A DNA stretch of 64,000 nucleotides, from assembly GCF_000181795.1 (NCBI RefSeq), contig NW_003526948.1, positions 1,253,444 through 1,317,443 of the forward strand. The letters are read 5' to 3'. Each line of letters begins with the position of its first letter. Position 1 is the stretch's first letter. The translations under genes were made by a program, and so were the position numbers. A model generated the notes under the pieces. The model worked only from the letters and a program-made list of their open reading frames with translations, was not told the origin of the DNA and made no database searches. Shown here one piece after another: positions 49,401 through 64,000 of the stretch. This stretch comes from Trichinella spiralis. Lineage: Eukaryota.

Positions 49401-52400
49401 ACAGAGAAAGAACACCAGAGGCGAAAGCTTTTAGTCTGCTTTATTCGTCACAGCTGTGCCTGCGTCTATGCCACATGACAAACAACATCATTGCATTTTC
49501 ACACTACCTATCACATCTTACTGTATACTCTGACAAATATTAATGAAATTGAAAATTTTTCCTGCAGAAAATTGCATCACTGACATCAAATTGCTCGATG
49601 CGAGAAACTCTTGTAATGCTGACCAGATGCCAAGTTGCAAACACATGTATTTGCTTTTCAAAAATAACCTACGCACTAGACTTCAGGCATAACTATTTCA
49701 TAAATTTGTTTATACATATTTTCTACACTTTTTCCTTCGAAACATAATGTTCTGCAAGCATGATGTTTTTTCATCGAGTACATTAAATTAAAAGTTGTTT
49801 AATGGAATAAATGCTATTTTCATCTGATGGCGATAATGAAAAATCACATTTGAAAGCAAAATTTCACATTAGGTATTTGAATATTGTGATAAATGAATGA
49901 ATATATGACATTTAATGCTAGTGTTCCAATTTCGGAGGGTTTGAATTCTGAATTAAACAAAAGCACCATTGTTCAACTGTTTTGACGGATTGCTAAATGA
50001 AGGTCGACCAAGTTGAATACAGTGATTGTTTGTCAATTTTGCTGGTCCAGAAGAAAACAGCAACCCAAACGTAAGGTCATGTATTTGTGGGCTTTTCCTT
50101 TGCTGAACAAGCTTTTACGCATCATGGCGTAATCGAACGAACTGTTCAGTGATTCAAGAATGAACCAAATGATCAGTAAAATTCGTCGTTACTCGGAAAC
50201 ATAGCACAGTCCATGAACAAACATAAGGTCACAAAATAGCGTTCATTCATCAAGCGTCATCTGGCCAACATCTGCCGGCTTATCGAATAACCAGCAATGG
50301 ATGAATTCACGATCATGTTCAGATGTTTGTTCAACTTAAAAACAGTAAATATTTATGTTAAATTTTGTAAAAAAACAACAACCGTACATCCTTTGTATCT
50401 TCTCTTCCCCATAAGTTTCCACTTGTATTTTTTGCAGTTATTCATTCAGTCAACGTTGCTTATTTCTCTAACCCAAAGCATTCCATTGAAAACCAATTTT
50501 CAGTGCGTGCCTACAATTGCAAAAGCATACCTATGGAAATAACATTAATGAAACTGCAAATTTGCTTCGCATAATTTCGCTCATTTCATCGATTGATAAT
50601 GTTTCATTACGCATACAGCACACCTAAATTTTCCTTATAACGCAGTGTAAAATTAGCAGTTTGTCTAATTACTTGTCAAATGAAATTTTATATTTTTTAA
50701 ATTTATATTATCAGAATTTTATTGATTTTACATTTTAATTCATTTTCAACAATGTTTAAGACAAAGTGTTTTTTCAGTCTTGTTCACAGTTGTGCTCAAT
50801 TTCCAACTGGAAAACTATTGCAAAACCTTAAATTGCAGGATCAATTTCGACCGTATAATTTTCACTATTTTAATATTTGTAATTTATTGTTGTTATTATT
50901 ATTTTAATATTTTAGCGATTTACTTTTTAAATTAGCATTTAAAATATCAAAAAGAAGCAAACATGTCCATATATTAGGCTACTACTAATACATTACAATA
51001 ATAGAAATAAAGGATTATTTATTTTGAAAATTTTTTTGTCAGTGCATTGTTCGATTACCTTTCTACTTCAAATGCGAATTTATATTAGATCAATTTTGTT
51101 AACGATCAGTTCAAATCTTTCATGCGCACACACTTCAGTGCAGTCTTTTATGTAAAAAACGCTTATTTTCCCTTACAATCTAAAATGCGCAATTCACATT
51201 TATAAATGACCAGACAAATGTGACATTTATGTTTTAAAGGCTTATTTGAATAAATTTAAAAAACATTTACTGAAAATAGCCAACTATTGAATTGCTTACC
51301 ATATAAGCAAATCAAATCACTGTAAATTGCCTTTCAGTCATTTGTTATTACCATTGATTTTGCATGAAAGTTTTCTTATAAAATAAATGAATGCCATGTT
51401 AAATGAAATTTATAGTCCATTTTAAATCATTATTGGCTTTGTGACAAAAATAAAAACAATCGTTTATCTTTTTTTAAAATGCTTTTTTTCAATGTATTTA
51501 CTTTCTTCCTCTTTTTACACTGGGAATGTCTTAATATTTCTTTCTAACTATGAATAAGCCAACTATTATTTCATATAATAACATTCTCAATGCTGGAAAC
51601 TTTATCAACTACTGAGACCATTAAATCATTCAGATTATGGTAACAATATATTTCCGGTATTTATCATTTATTCGGGTGTGCTCAACTTGATATGCAATAA
51701 AACTTAGACAGTGAAACTTTTACAGTATTCTATTTTGCTCTACAGAAGAATAACTGCATATCGTATTTTGTTGTTTGAACTTTATTATACGTGAACATAT
51801 ATAAAATGTTATTATATATTTTTTGAGATAAATTGCTTTTTCATTAGTTAAGCTGCTTGCTGGAACATCAGTTGTATTACTGAAAAAAAAGAGGTAAACT
51901 TTTTGAGCAAGATAAATTTCTCAACTGTTGACACTGTTTTAATTTATTTCTTACTCTGCGAAAGTGAAATATTTTAAGATGCATCCGTTTGAAAAGCTTC
52001 GTCATGTATGCAAATGTTTACTGATTATCACTTTCACAATTTTTTGGTAATTTCTGAAAACTACTTTGGCACTAAATGGATTTTATTGAAAAAAAAACAG
52101 AAGAGCAGGTCGAACATATCTTCCCACGCTAATCGCAGTGTGCAATCAATTTTCCAAGCGGAAATAATCAGCAGGTATGTTAGTTGTTTTTCTCATGTCC
52201 CCTGTTCAACTTTCAGTTAGCTATTTGCTGTTCATTGTGCTGTTCACAACACTTTATCTTGTTTAATCTACTATGCAGAGCAGATAAAGAGATTTTCTAT
52301 AATATTGTGCTCTAGATAGCTGTGAAGCCAATGTTGTACGTTGACCTGAAGCTACTAATGCTGGTTTTGCTTCAAAGACCTTGCTTCATTCATTTTGCTA

Positions 52401-55400
52401 CCGAAATCAGATAAATACAGATGGTTGTATTAGTAAAATTAAAAAGCAATTAGTGTTAAAAGAGGAGCATTTGAAAAGGTGAACATAAGAGCGATTTGTT
52501 GAAAACAATTGGTAATAGAAAAGAAAGAAAACGGCCGCCAATGCGTGAACAACATTCACCATTGTCCAAAGTGGCCATGCCGCCAGATGCTATTGTAGAT
52601 CTTATCTTGATCTGAAGTGATGTTTCAATATGTTACTTGATAAGATCGCTGGTTCTGCTGATTGAACAAATGACAGAAATGGGCCTTGGCAAAAAATTTA
52701 CTTCCCTTGTCCACGGATGAACTTTAGTAACCGTATGACATTTTCCATGTCTGGACCAATTTGCGGCAGTGTCAATTAAATCGTGTCCAAACATGAATCT
52801 AAATAAGACTTGTCAACATGATTTCTTTTGATTTCACAAAGCTTGACATATTAATGGAGAACAATTCAACTTTGGAGCCCGTCTGTCCGCATTTTGGACT
52901 GCTGATCGAACAATTGACGTAAAAGCAATGTTCGATTGGACAGTCTATTTTCAAAACCAAACCCTAGCGAACACAAGCTGCATCAGTCTGATGTGTACTG
53001 TAGAATTGGATTACGGTGACAATGTTCATTCGTGTTTGTCATAGGACTGCTTGTAGTTGTCAGGCTGGGAAATGATGCACGTGTGATTGGAAGGCATTTG
53101 ATACCAGTGATTATTTAATCTGATCGATCGTCGCGTTGACCAAAGCTTAATCTGTTTAGCTGAACAATCGAATTAGGTTCACTGTGCTCAATTTCACACA
53201 CCACACAGACTGATCACATTCGCAATGATCGGAATTAAAATTTCATTGCAATGTAATTTTGTTGTTACAACTGCATAAATGAAACTGAATCTTTTCTCCA
53301 ATACTTCTTAATGTGTTCTGATCAACATTCATATTTAAAAAAACATATTTGAACACCCGGAAACAATGACTATCGTTGGTTATGTGATCTCACGACTGGA
53401 GCTCATTTCAGGCCATTAGGCAAATTAAGTTTTCAAAGGGAGGCTAGAAAGCGCGGCAGCGACATGGAGTCGAATTATGTAACAATAATGCTACATTGTA
53501 TTTTAGCATTTTAATTTAATCTAAATTCAATCAAATATCCTTTAACCTTGGCCACTACTATAGACATAAATCAAATGGCACAGGATTTTGATTTGAAAAG
53601 GAAACAAGAAAATATTTTCAGCCAATAATATTTGGTAAAGTTAGAATTTAGCTTTAGAAATAGAAGTGAATGAATCATCGATAACATGAAAAACAAAACA
53701 ACAGTGAGCATTATATTGGAACATAGTTAAAACTTTTCTTGTTCATAATAACATAATATAATATAATATAATATTGCCGTTTGATTTAAGCATATGATGC
53801 TTAAAAAGATTTATTTTTATTTTTTTTATTTATTAAACAAGTTGTCAACACATATGGCATTAAAAATAAGTAAAACGATGCCTTTTTTGCAAATGCAAAA
53901 ATTTTTTACAACTTAAAACATTTTAGATTTTGTTTTCAAACAATTATTACTTAAAATCTCATAATAGGCATATAAGTTTAATAGATTTGAAACAGCGTTG
54001 CGTCTATATTATTTAATCTTCCTCTCATTACCCAACCACACACTAATTTAACAACAGAAACAATGGCAATAAATTATCAACAAGCAACTGGACAAGCAAA
54101 TTGTATCATGTTGCTAGATTTCAGGCAAGGTTCTATATCAGCTTAACTGCGATAACTGTCAAATATGAAATATTTGCAAGTAATTACTAGTAATTAAACA
54201 TTATTACATATACAACCATTATTTTCAACTGCATAAAATGTCTTTAAAGATGGGAAGAAATGAAAGAGTAATGTGTTGAAACGCGTGCTTGCTTTGCAAT
54301 GAAAGAACATGTAAGTCCTTAAATTAAGCGAATAAATACTAAATGAATTTCATGTCACTGCCAAACATCTGAACACAAACCATCATGGTACACTGCTTTT
54401 CTAAGCCCATTTACTAAAGTTTGCTGAATATTATTCACTATTAACAAGTTGGCTTCAGTTGTGACATGCTGTGTCTATGGAGACATCGGCAATCTGAAAT
54501 CTCAAACTCGACTTTGCATCAAATGAGGCATTGAATAAAACACACGCTCAAGAAGAAAAATACAAAAGATTCATTCAGAAAATTTATCGCAAACGAAGCC
54601 AGTCTATACGTTTAACCAAGTTTAAGAAAAAATCGAATTTCATTCCCATTTCTGATAGATGTATTACAAATTATTGCATAATAAATGCCTGAACCATTTC
54701 AAAATTGAAAAAAATACCACTTAAAAAAATTGCTACATTTTGTTCAGTTTGATGAATTATTTTAAATTATTCAAATAGTTCAAGTGTGAGATGTTATCAC
54801 ATTAAATTTATAATATGACATTTCAGAAGTTAAACTCAAAAAAGCAGTACAATGTAAACATGCTTTAAAAAGAATTAAATTTTAATAAACTTTTGATATA
54901 TTTTGTACTATTTGAATTTAAATTTGAATGTTCAGCCATTTTAATTTGAAAACTACAATAATTCTAATTAATGATGTTTTTGGAAAACATTCTTCATTCA
55001 ACAATGCATAATAGGATGCAATAATTTGCATTGTTATCTATACATTTGACCGCACATTTGCTTGATAACTGCATCGCAATATTGCTGAATTGCGACGTTC
55101 TGCAATATTTTATGCAAATAATTTCTCATTTAATTCCAAAAATCCTTAAAATTTATTATAATGGTTCTTCTTTTTCTTCACATCTGATGTAAATATAAAT
55201 GAAAAGTTTAAATTTCTTGCTCATTCTAATAAAATGAATTTTTATTGTATCAATAAAAAAATATTTACTTAATACAAAAATGCAATATAATACTACAAAT
55301 TTTTATTTTGAAAGTAATTCATGCTTAATTATATTATAGTACAAATACAGTACCATTATAAAGCCATATGAAATCATAAACATGGATATTTCCCTCTGTT

Positions 55401-58400
55401 CAGATTGAAAAGATAAAACAGTGCGTCAAATGTTGTGCAAACAAATTTTTCTAAACTGGTTTTTTGTGCCTAATTTCTAACAAAAACTGATTTAAATGAT
55501 CCGTCATATGTTGATTTGTTCTGCAGATGAAAGAAAAACATTGTAAAATTTTCCTATATTCTAAGTAAGGAAAATTCTAAAAAATATTAATAGATATCAT
55601 ATTTAAAAATAACATTTTGCATAGGTTCTCAAAATTATTCATTAATCATAGATATATCAAATAGTTTGTTCCAAAAATTGTACAGTATGCAATAATTGTA
55701 TAGTAATAAAAAAGCGTTTACTATGTATATTTTTACCATTTCACGTAATATAATATATAATTAATAATTATTTTTAATGATGATACCTGCTTTTATTAAT
55801 TAACACTATTATGGTTTTAAATGCTTTTCTTTTGTTTCACTTTAATTGCTGTTACCGTATTTTTATCATTTTAAATTTACTTTGAATGTTTGAATTATTA
55901 TACCATTCTTTTGCATTGTCCAAAAAAGATTTCCATCACTCAATCGCTTAATCGAACTTGTGTATATTCAAAAACATATCACGGCACATGTTTTCATGCA
56001 TTCATTTGTTTAATGAATGTGATAATTTTTTATATTTGACGTTATATGCTTACGATTAAATTATTAAAATATAACTTTTATAAAAATAAATCAGCTGATT
56101 TTGGGATTACTTATCAATTTGGTACAATGAAACAGCTCAGTTTTCAAAACTGGTTGAAATGACAAGCAGTATTCTCATTTTATCATATTTGTTTTTCATT
56201 AAAAGACTTTTTATACAATAAAGGACTAATTTTTGTAAAAAAGCAAAATACTGAAGTATTTTAAATGGAATAAATTTTTGATACAGTGTATGCATATTTC
56301 AAATAATTTTATTCAAATTGAATTTTTATTCTAGCTTCAATATGAGGAAAAAAAAGAAAAAGAAATTGATCAAGTAGCAAAGCAGACGAAAAGAACAGCG
56401 CTGTAACTATTTTCAACGCCTGGACCGCTTTGTTCAGCTTTCACACTCTAATATAGCTTGAGAAAGAAGCTATCGAAGCTTTTATATGGTAAGAAAAATG
56501 AAATTAGCTTTTCTGAATTATTCAGTGTACTTTGAACATTTTAATGATTAATTATTTACTTAAGCAAAGAACATAATACAACGGTTATTGAGGCTTTAGT
56601 TACACTATGCAAAACCGCTTTGATCTAATGCCCACTTTAAATAAAATAGTCTTAATGTTGGCTTTTGACTCGCCCTTGGTGGTGTAGTAAAAATTTGCAT
56701 AAATAACTTGCGCAAACCAAACAATTTTCAATCTATTATCCCAGTGCAATCAAATAAAGCGTTTGAAAGCAGCCGCTCCAGCTTATCTTCTTGCTAGTTG
56801 CATTGCTGCTGTTTTCATCAATTTCTTCAACAGACCAAAAAAATTCCAGTTTGTATTCATTCTATTTATTCATTACATTTATAATAAGTGACTATTGTTT
56901 CTTTTTTTTATTCTACTGTACATTTCATATATTAATCTGAAAATGAAGTATTAATTATTTTTGACGTTATACAGGTATTATTTTTTCCATTTAAGTGATT
57001 GAAAAATGGTGTATTTTTTTGAAAATTAAGTTTTTCGGTAAAGTTGTCCGATACTGAGTACTAAAATCAAGCATTTGGTTAAAATTTGTTGTTCATTGAA
57101 AACTGAAAATACCACCAAATTATAAAGTAAATTATTTAATACATCTTTTCTTTATGCATACATACATTTTATTAATATTAAGTAAATGGAATAAATTTTT
57201 TTACTTCCGCAGTGAATATGGAATTTTGGTGAATTGCGGGATTGCATTCTTTTTACTTTATTTATTTATCAAGTATTTATTCGGCATTTTTATATTTTTA
57301 TCATTATTTATTCTTTTAAACGGTGACGGTGATGGGTGACAACTTCGACTAACGCGTTCATATTCTCACTTCGAGAAGCGAATTTTACGTTTACAAATTC
57401 AAATTTACCGTCGTAATTCGATTTTCATTAATTAGTCAGTTTATGTTCATTTGATGTTATGTTAAGATTGATCGAGTGAAAATATAATTTAATTGAATAT
57501 GATTTAAAATGTTGTGATTGAAGGCTATCATATTTTCGTGTGCACAGCAATCATTGCGCAAGTGTAGTACTTTGTTAAAGAGTGTTCGGTGACAGAACAT
57601 CGTTTTAAGCTTTCAGAAATGTGAATAATTTTGAACGCTGTTTATAGATGCAAATGCTGCCGAGAGTTTTAGTTCTGCAACAACTTTAAGTTTATTAATG
57701 GAGGTGACTTCTATCATTTAATTATACTGCTATAAATATCTTCCATTTTATATTTCTCTTAATTAGTTAATTAATGAATTCTTTTTCTCAAAAACGTAAG
57801 TTTGTCTCACAACTGAATGAATTGGAAATGTAAAAACAATTACAGGTAGTACGGGGGAATACGTGGCGTATCGTTGACATATTAACAGAGAGATACGTGT
57901 CAAACGAAATAATCCATTATGACATTAAACGTTTCTTGGCCTGAAAAACACTTCAGAAGCATCAGTGGACTAATGAGACAAAGTGAATATTCAGCTGCTT
58001 CACATTTCAACTTTTTCTGTTGCTTTTAATACTAGTTGTTATACATGGTGCTAACATTATGCATGTTTGCTTTGGCTTTATGTTTTGTCAGATATTCTCA
58101 TCAAATTTTATTTAAAAAACATGATGTTATTCTTTGCAGTAAGTATTATTGTTACAATTTTTTCTGCTGTGTTTGTATAGTTACAAAAAGTTTAAATTAT
58201 TTAAAAAAATAAGAAAATCATCTTTATTTATATTGTAATTCGATAAAATGTAAATTTTCATTCGTATGCAAAACATTGTACTCATACAGTCGAGTAAAGT
58301 GAAGCGCATCATAATAGTTGCGCTAATAAATTTAAAAATAAGAAGGTTTGTTTTCTTACTGTGAAACTTGCTTTATGCCAGCGCGCGTCAAGTTCACACG

Positions 58401-58635
58401 ACATGCTTTAAGGTCAGTCAGCTACGCATAAATAGCGCAGTGTTAGTGCTCCACTGGCTTGCAGTTGATCATTATATTCCTGCGATTGTTTGAAAATTAT
58501 TCTTATCCCCCCGTTTCATGAACTTTTAATCCTGTTCAGGCTATCACTTGACGCATAACGATTAGAACAATAATTGTTCGATTTAATTTTGCTTTTTTGC
58601 TTTCTACTATCAGATACCGCTAATCAGTAAGAGCA

Positions 58636-59518
58636 ATGGGTGAAAATGGCAGTCTGGATTCTTATGATCTATCAAACGTTAACACTGGTGATCCAGCTTC
58701 AAATGCATTATTTATAAACAACGAATGCCAATTTACTTCTTCACCTGCGTCACAACCAGCTCACACGGTGGAATATCTTGCGCAGCTTCTCAAAGATAAA
58801 AAACAATTGGTAGCATTTTCTCACATTTTCGCTCATGTTGATCGTCTTGTTGATGAAGGTTTGTTTGTTTGTTTGAAATACGAGTTTGGTGTGTCATTGT
58901 GGTTTCATGTGAATTAGAGATCAACAAAGTCCGTGCATCGCTGTTTTCGGTGGATTCAAAACGTGAGGCTCTCGCCTTGCCTGAAGCGGTCGGTCCCACG
59001 GTAACGCTTCAAGAAAAGGTTTACGTCCCAGTACAAGAATATCCGGATGTATAATATGGCAGCATGCTTTACACTGACAGTTTTACTAATTGTCTGCTTG
59101 TTTTACAGTTTAATTTTGTTGGCCGCATTTTGGGTCCACGAGGTATGACAGCGAAGCAACTGGAGCAAGACAGTGGATGTAAAATCATGGTTCGTGGGAA
59201 GGGTTCGATGCGTGACAAGAAAAAGGTAATAATCGAGATGATATTTTTTTTTCAAAATAAAGATTATTTTTTGAATATGCTTTTCTGTTGTTCAGGAAGA
59301 TCAGAATCGTGGTAAACCAAATTGGGAACATTTGAATGATGAATTGCACGTGTTGATTCAATGTGAAGATACGGAAAACCGAGCAAAAATTAAAATGAAA
59401 CGAGCTGTTGAAGAAGTTCAAAAGTTGCTTGTACCAGCGGTAATTATGCTTTTGGTTGTTTATTTCTAATAATAGCATAAGTATACATGCCCGTAAGGTA
59501 TTGAATTTATCATCAGTA

Positions 59519-59568
<50 letters not shown>

Positions 59569-62500
59569 TTATTGGCATATTTTTATAATTTGGTAATTTA
59601 TTCTTTATTTTTTTTTTGAAAATCATGAACAGAAAACGTAGAATAAATGGAAAAGTAGTTAATAGTTAGTTAGTTAGTTAGTTAGTTATTGCTGAAAGCA
59701 GATTCTGTACATCGTTGATGGATGGGTTCCTTGTCAGGTCATGTCAAAGAGGAAATATACTTTTGAACAACATCAGGAACAATCAAAGTGACAAATCTTT
59801 TCTTTGCCTGCAGCTAAATTGAGTCAGTTGTTTAGCAGCTTTTGCCGGCCAATTTCATGGCAACTGTCCCAATTTTTAAAGCTTCTGGTATGTTTTTCTG
59901 CCTGCAATAGCGCATCTTTGACTTTTTCCAAGGCAACAGCCGTCTGCTTTGAAGCAGCAGGCGCGTTTAATTCCTTTTATTAAAACTGAAGTTTTTTTAT
60001 TTATTTTTTTCAGAGAGCGAGATAGCTGTTAATACTAATAAGTTTTCTTATAGTAAGTATTTATTCTCTAGTTTCTTATCATTGGAGATCGAGGTTGATT
60101 GAGGTTTGCATGTCGATTCACCGATGAGCAATTATTAGCTTCTTGGCCTTCATTAATAGACATCAATCAAGCTGGAAAGTTATGCGTCACATTTAAACTG
60201 GTTTGCGCCAACGCACTTTTCTACTTCTTCATCTTTCAATTTTCATGTTTCCAATTTTTCAAATTTTAAGACATTTAGAAAAAAATATTTATATTAATTT
60301 TATCACAATACGTGGAAACGACTTGTTTGGTTTTTTTTAAATTTCAAAAGCTTTATTAACAAACAAAATATGCTTAAGGATAAAGTGTTGAAAGAAAATA
60401 TTCGTGTGTGTGTGTGTGTGTATGTATAATTCTCATTTCCGCTTTCGTTTCTAAATTTATTCAACCTTTATCTGATAAGCTTGGATTTTGAAGCTGTGCA
60501 AGTTAGCAAAAAAGTGGAAAAGTAACAACCAGACTGCTTTTCATAATAAGATGAAATGCACGCGTGCAAAAGCCGTTTATACTGTCTGTAAATTCAACGC
60601 GTACATGCATAGAGCATAGTTATTATAAGCATGATTAAATATATTTGCTTTACATATGCGCGCGCACACACATGCATACGTATGTGTATTTGTAATTTTT
60701 TTTAAATTTTTTAAAATATAATTTTTATCTGTTGGCGGTGCACTTGTTTAATGTTTATCTGAGAATTTGAAACTTTCACTGAGCAAGAGATGCGATAGAA
60801 ACAACAACCACAATGGTAATTAACTTTCAAATGGGAATAGATAAATGATAGAAGCAGAAGAATGTTTGCTTGGAAAGCTTTTTTGACAGCTAACTTTTTC
60901 AAAGCAGCGACCAGATGCTGCTGCTTCATGAAAAACAATGAGAACAAAAACAGCCAGTCGGAAGAAGAGTAGTAATAGTAGTAGTAGTAGTAGTAGTAGT
61001 AGCAGTAGCAGCAGCAGTTGTTAATTGCATTCATAACGAAACAAACGGCGAAACAAAATATTCTTAACTTATTCAGCAAATTATTATCTTAGGGGCATGC
61101 TTATTAATTTATATTATAATTATTCGAGCAACATTCGAAAGTTCATAATATTGATGTTCAGCTTAACTATATTGCAATGGCAATTTTTCATTTAAATTCA
61201 CATTAAACGATTATTAAACGCATTGAACTTTTTTCTTCAAAGCTTCTGCTGTGTAAAGTGGGCTGGCTGTATTTAAATTAACAGTTTCAAGAAGAACAAC
61301 ATCAAACTGGCTGTATTAAAAGTAGAAACTGCTGTAAATATTTACTTTGAATCTTGAGCAATAGTTTTTCCGCGCATTCTTTGTAACTGAAAAATGTTCT
61401 TTTAAGCACACCTCATGTGTTTTCCATTGTTGCATTCGATTGAGAAAAAAAGCTTTATTAGGCTTTTTGATTTATGCAGTCTTTTCAGAACAATAAAACG
61501 TAAATTATTATTCTTTTCTTAGTTTGAACAATTAATTTGATTTTTAAATGTGTGCACACATGCATATATATGTGTAGGTCAAATTTTTTCACCCAACTTT
61601 TTATTTAGAGAAAGAAAAATTCATGTACAAATTTTTGTACATCAGAAATGATCTTATAAACGTTACTGGTGAAAATTATCCTCTTTTTTAAATAAATTTC
61701 AATTATTTTATCTTTTTCTCAGTTGATGTTCTCTAAATGAATATGCAGGTGGTTATATTCATACATGAAAGATATGCGTTGCAGTTGAATTTCAAATTGA
61801 GCTGTTGAAATAATTTTCAATAGAAATGTCAAAATTCAAATACGAATCTGATGATGTTATTGAATTAATTTATTGATAAATTGGATTAAGAATTTACAAT
61901 TTATACAGGTAGATTTTATTCTGATTGTCGATGAAAATATAATATTCGAATTCTTCTTTGTCACGTTGGCAAAGATTAATTTATTGGAATGAAATTCTGG
62001 TGTGCCGTTGAAGAAATCACAAGATACAATCTGACAGTGGAATATTTCGAATTCACCAATGATGACCTGTGATAAATAGTCTATAATGGAAAATCAAGTT
62101 GCTTTTGACTTGTTTGTCAGATTGATTGGTCAAACATGTTAACCGGTTACTGTTGCAGATCATCATTTCCTTGCTTTGACGTGTGCAACTTTCAGGTCAT
62201 ATGCCTTTTCCCCCGTTTGCACAGATAATATGCAAACATTTTTGATAAAAATTTAACAAACAACAAATTTTGCAAAAGCAATTCACATCTATACCATATA
62301 TGCATATGTTTTTCAACATCAATGAAGATATTAATCCCTTTGATCAGTTTCGAAATAATTAATATATTATAATTTTTGTATTTTTTAAATTATGTATTTT
62401 AATAATGTTAATTTCCTCGAGTTGTTGATGTTTTATTTTATATGCTTTAAAATTGAATGATGAAAACATTTTTTTTCCTTCTCGAACCCCTTTACCGAGT

Positions 62501-63635
62501 CCTGATAGCGTTGAATGTTTTAGCCTGAAGGCGAAGACGAATTGAAGCGTAAGCAATTGATGGAACTTGCAATTATCAATGGAACATATCGTCCAACTAA
62601 TCAAAGCAAGAACACACTACGTAAATTATCCTTTTATTTATTTAATTCAATTTATTTTTGCAACATTTCTATAAATTTCCATATTTTCAGCTGTACTATT
62701 ATTAATTGTACTTCAAACATTGTATTGCATACAAGTGTTGACGGCATTTGCGAAAAGTTTTCAATTTTTCCTCCATTTTAGAACTTCCTCGTATTTTGAA
62801 TCCATTGGGATTAACTTCATCGTTGCGTACATCAACACTCGGCGCACCAATTATTCTTTCACCTCCTCGATTAGGTGCAACCGGAGCTCCTGGGCAATTA
62901 GCATCAGTATCTGCATTGCTTGCCAATTCTGCTGCTCCGGACGTTTCTGGTGCATCTACTGGTTTGCTGTATAAGTGTGTTTTTAATTTTTATTTCTTTA
63001 AATTACCAAAATTTCAACAAACACATCTTCTATTTTTGTATATTATGTTGAAAGTATTTTTCTACAATAGCGTTTGTTTCATTGAAATAACTATACAATT
63101 GCTAGAAATTTTACGATCTCATTAAATAAGGTTTTTTTTGTTCTTCATTTTCGAAATAGTAATTTCCTATAGAACTGCACTTTCGGTGCATTATAATTAA
63201 ATTTAATTGTATAATTTTAATGTATTTGAATTCTGGTTTTACATATATTGTTGTTGTACTGTTGTTTAGTGACATGTAGGGAACATTTGTTGATAATTTC
63301 CTAATATAAAAATGGAATGCAGTACTAATTACCAGTACTGTAAATGAAATTATGTTATTCTTTGCTTGGAATTAATTTCCAGTAATTCGAAGTAGAATTT
63401 TTGTCATTTGTAAAAAGACGAGTTTCGTTAATGTTTTAATCTGTGTGTTCAAGTTCATCTTACAGTATGCTTGATTTATTATTGCACAAATGTTGTTTTT
63501 TTCCATTATTTTAGTCCAGTTGATCCGTCTCTTGCTGCAGCTGCTGCCTATCAGTATGCGACGGCTCTGGCATCGCCACTGTTTTCAACCGATTTTCAAG
63601 CATTTGAATATCCACCTGGTCAGTTGCTAGCATAA
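58636..63635 (+). CDS. asd-2: STAR/GSG KH-domain RNA-binding protein (Quaking/HOW/ASD-2 type); about 7 exons in the window, further alternative 3' exons may lie outside
   Basis: QUA1 [86 protein letters not shown]2 [23 protein letters not shown], tail [10 protein letters not shown]. The paralog gld-1 is not formally excluded. Confidence 0.9.
59517..59688. repeat. (TA)n and (TAGT)n microsatellites in the STAR gene intron
   Basis: Directly visible. Confidence 0.9.
60968..61017. repeat. (TAG)n/(CAG)n microsatellite in the STAR gene intron
   Basis: Directly visible. Confidence 0.9.
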
Positions 63636-64000
63636 TGAAGGATTGACATTAGAAGTAGCTTGTGTATAGCTGGATATTTTATTTATTATTTTTTTGTTCG
63701 GTGCTTATTGCATTTTTTCACAATTGATTGATTTATGAGAGCATCGACTGTGAAGAGATTCCAAAGTTTGTTTATTTATTTATTATTTTTCCCCTTTGTT
63801 ACAGTATTTTGAGAACAATTCATTTCTGTGAACATTTTGTTGAAATGCTCAAATTCAATGTTGTCCTCCAGTGCTTGTAGCTGTACAGCGGGCACATCAC
63901 TTGTAATGTGGAATGGTCAAGCACTTGATTTTCAGGTTTTATGAATGTATTTTTCTCAAAGTCGCATTTCTTTTTTCTTTTGTTTCTGCTTGTTCGCTTA

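Noticed and set aside
59663..59688. (TAGT)n as tandem Quaking response elements (ACUAAC) for autoregulation
   Set aside because: ACUAAC reads only on the antisense strand of the STAR pre-mRNA.
1..64000. CRISPR arrays or prokaryotic defence systems
   Set aside because: The sequence is intron-rich eukaryotic DNA, and no regularly spaced repeat-spacer array was seen.

Overview
This is AT-rich eukaryotic genomic DNA with many short GT-AG introns (often tttcag/ttttag acceptors), most consistent with a nematode and probably a clade I Trichinella-like genome (inference). The spliced genes, in order, are: the 3' end of BBS9/PTHB1 (+), CELF3-6/unc-75 (-), a dnj-16-like DnaJ protein (+), a spliced 60-aa membrane microprotein missing from the ORF track (-), NPL4 (-), eIF4A3 (-), a divergent GALK2-like kinase (+), NOMO/nra-4 (+), SAC1 (+), Islet/lim-7 (+) and a Quaking/asd-2 STAR protein (+). 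The most unusual part is 21.5-29.8 kb. It holds a family of 400-470 nt structured, non-coding, Pol III-like units: two clear copies with a tRNA-like A/B-box head, a variable central stem-loop and a terminal hairpin plus T-run, and a third, older relative. The same region contains an orphan copy of the kinase's last exon and a solo LTR with a 4-bp target-site duplication. All gene models and alignments were made by eye.
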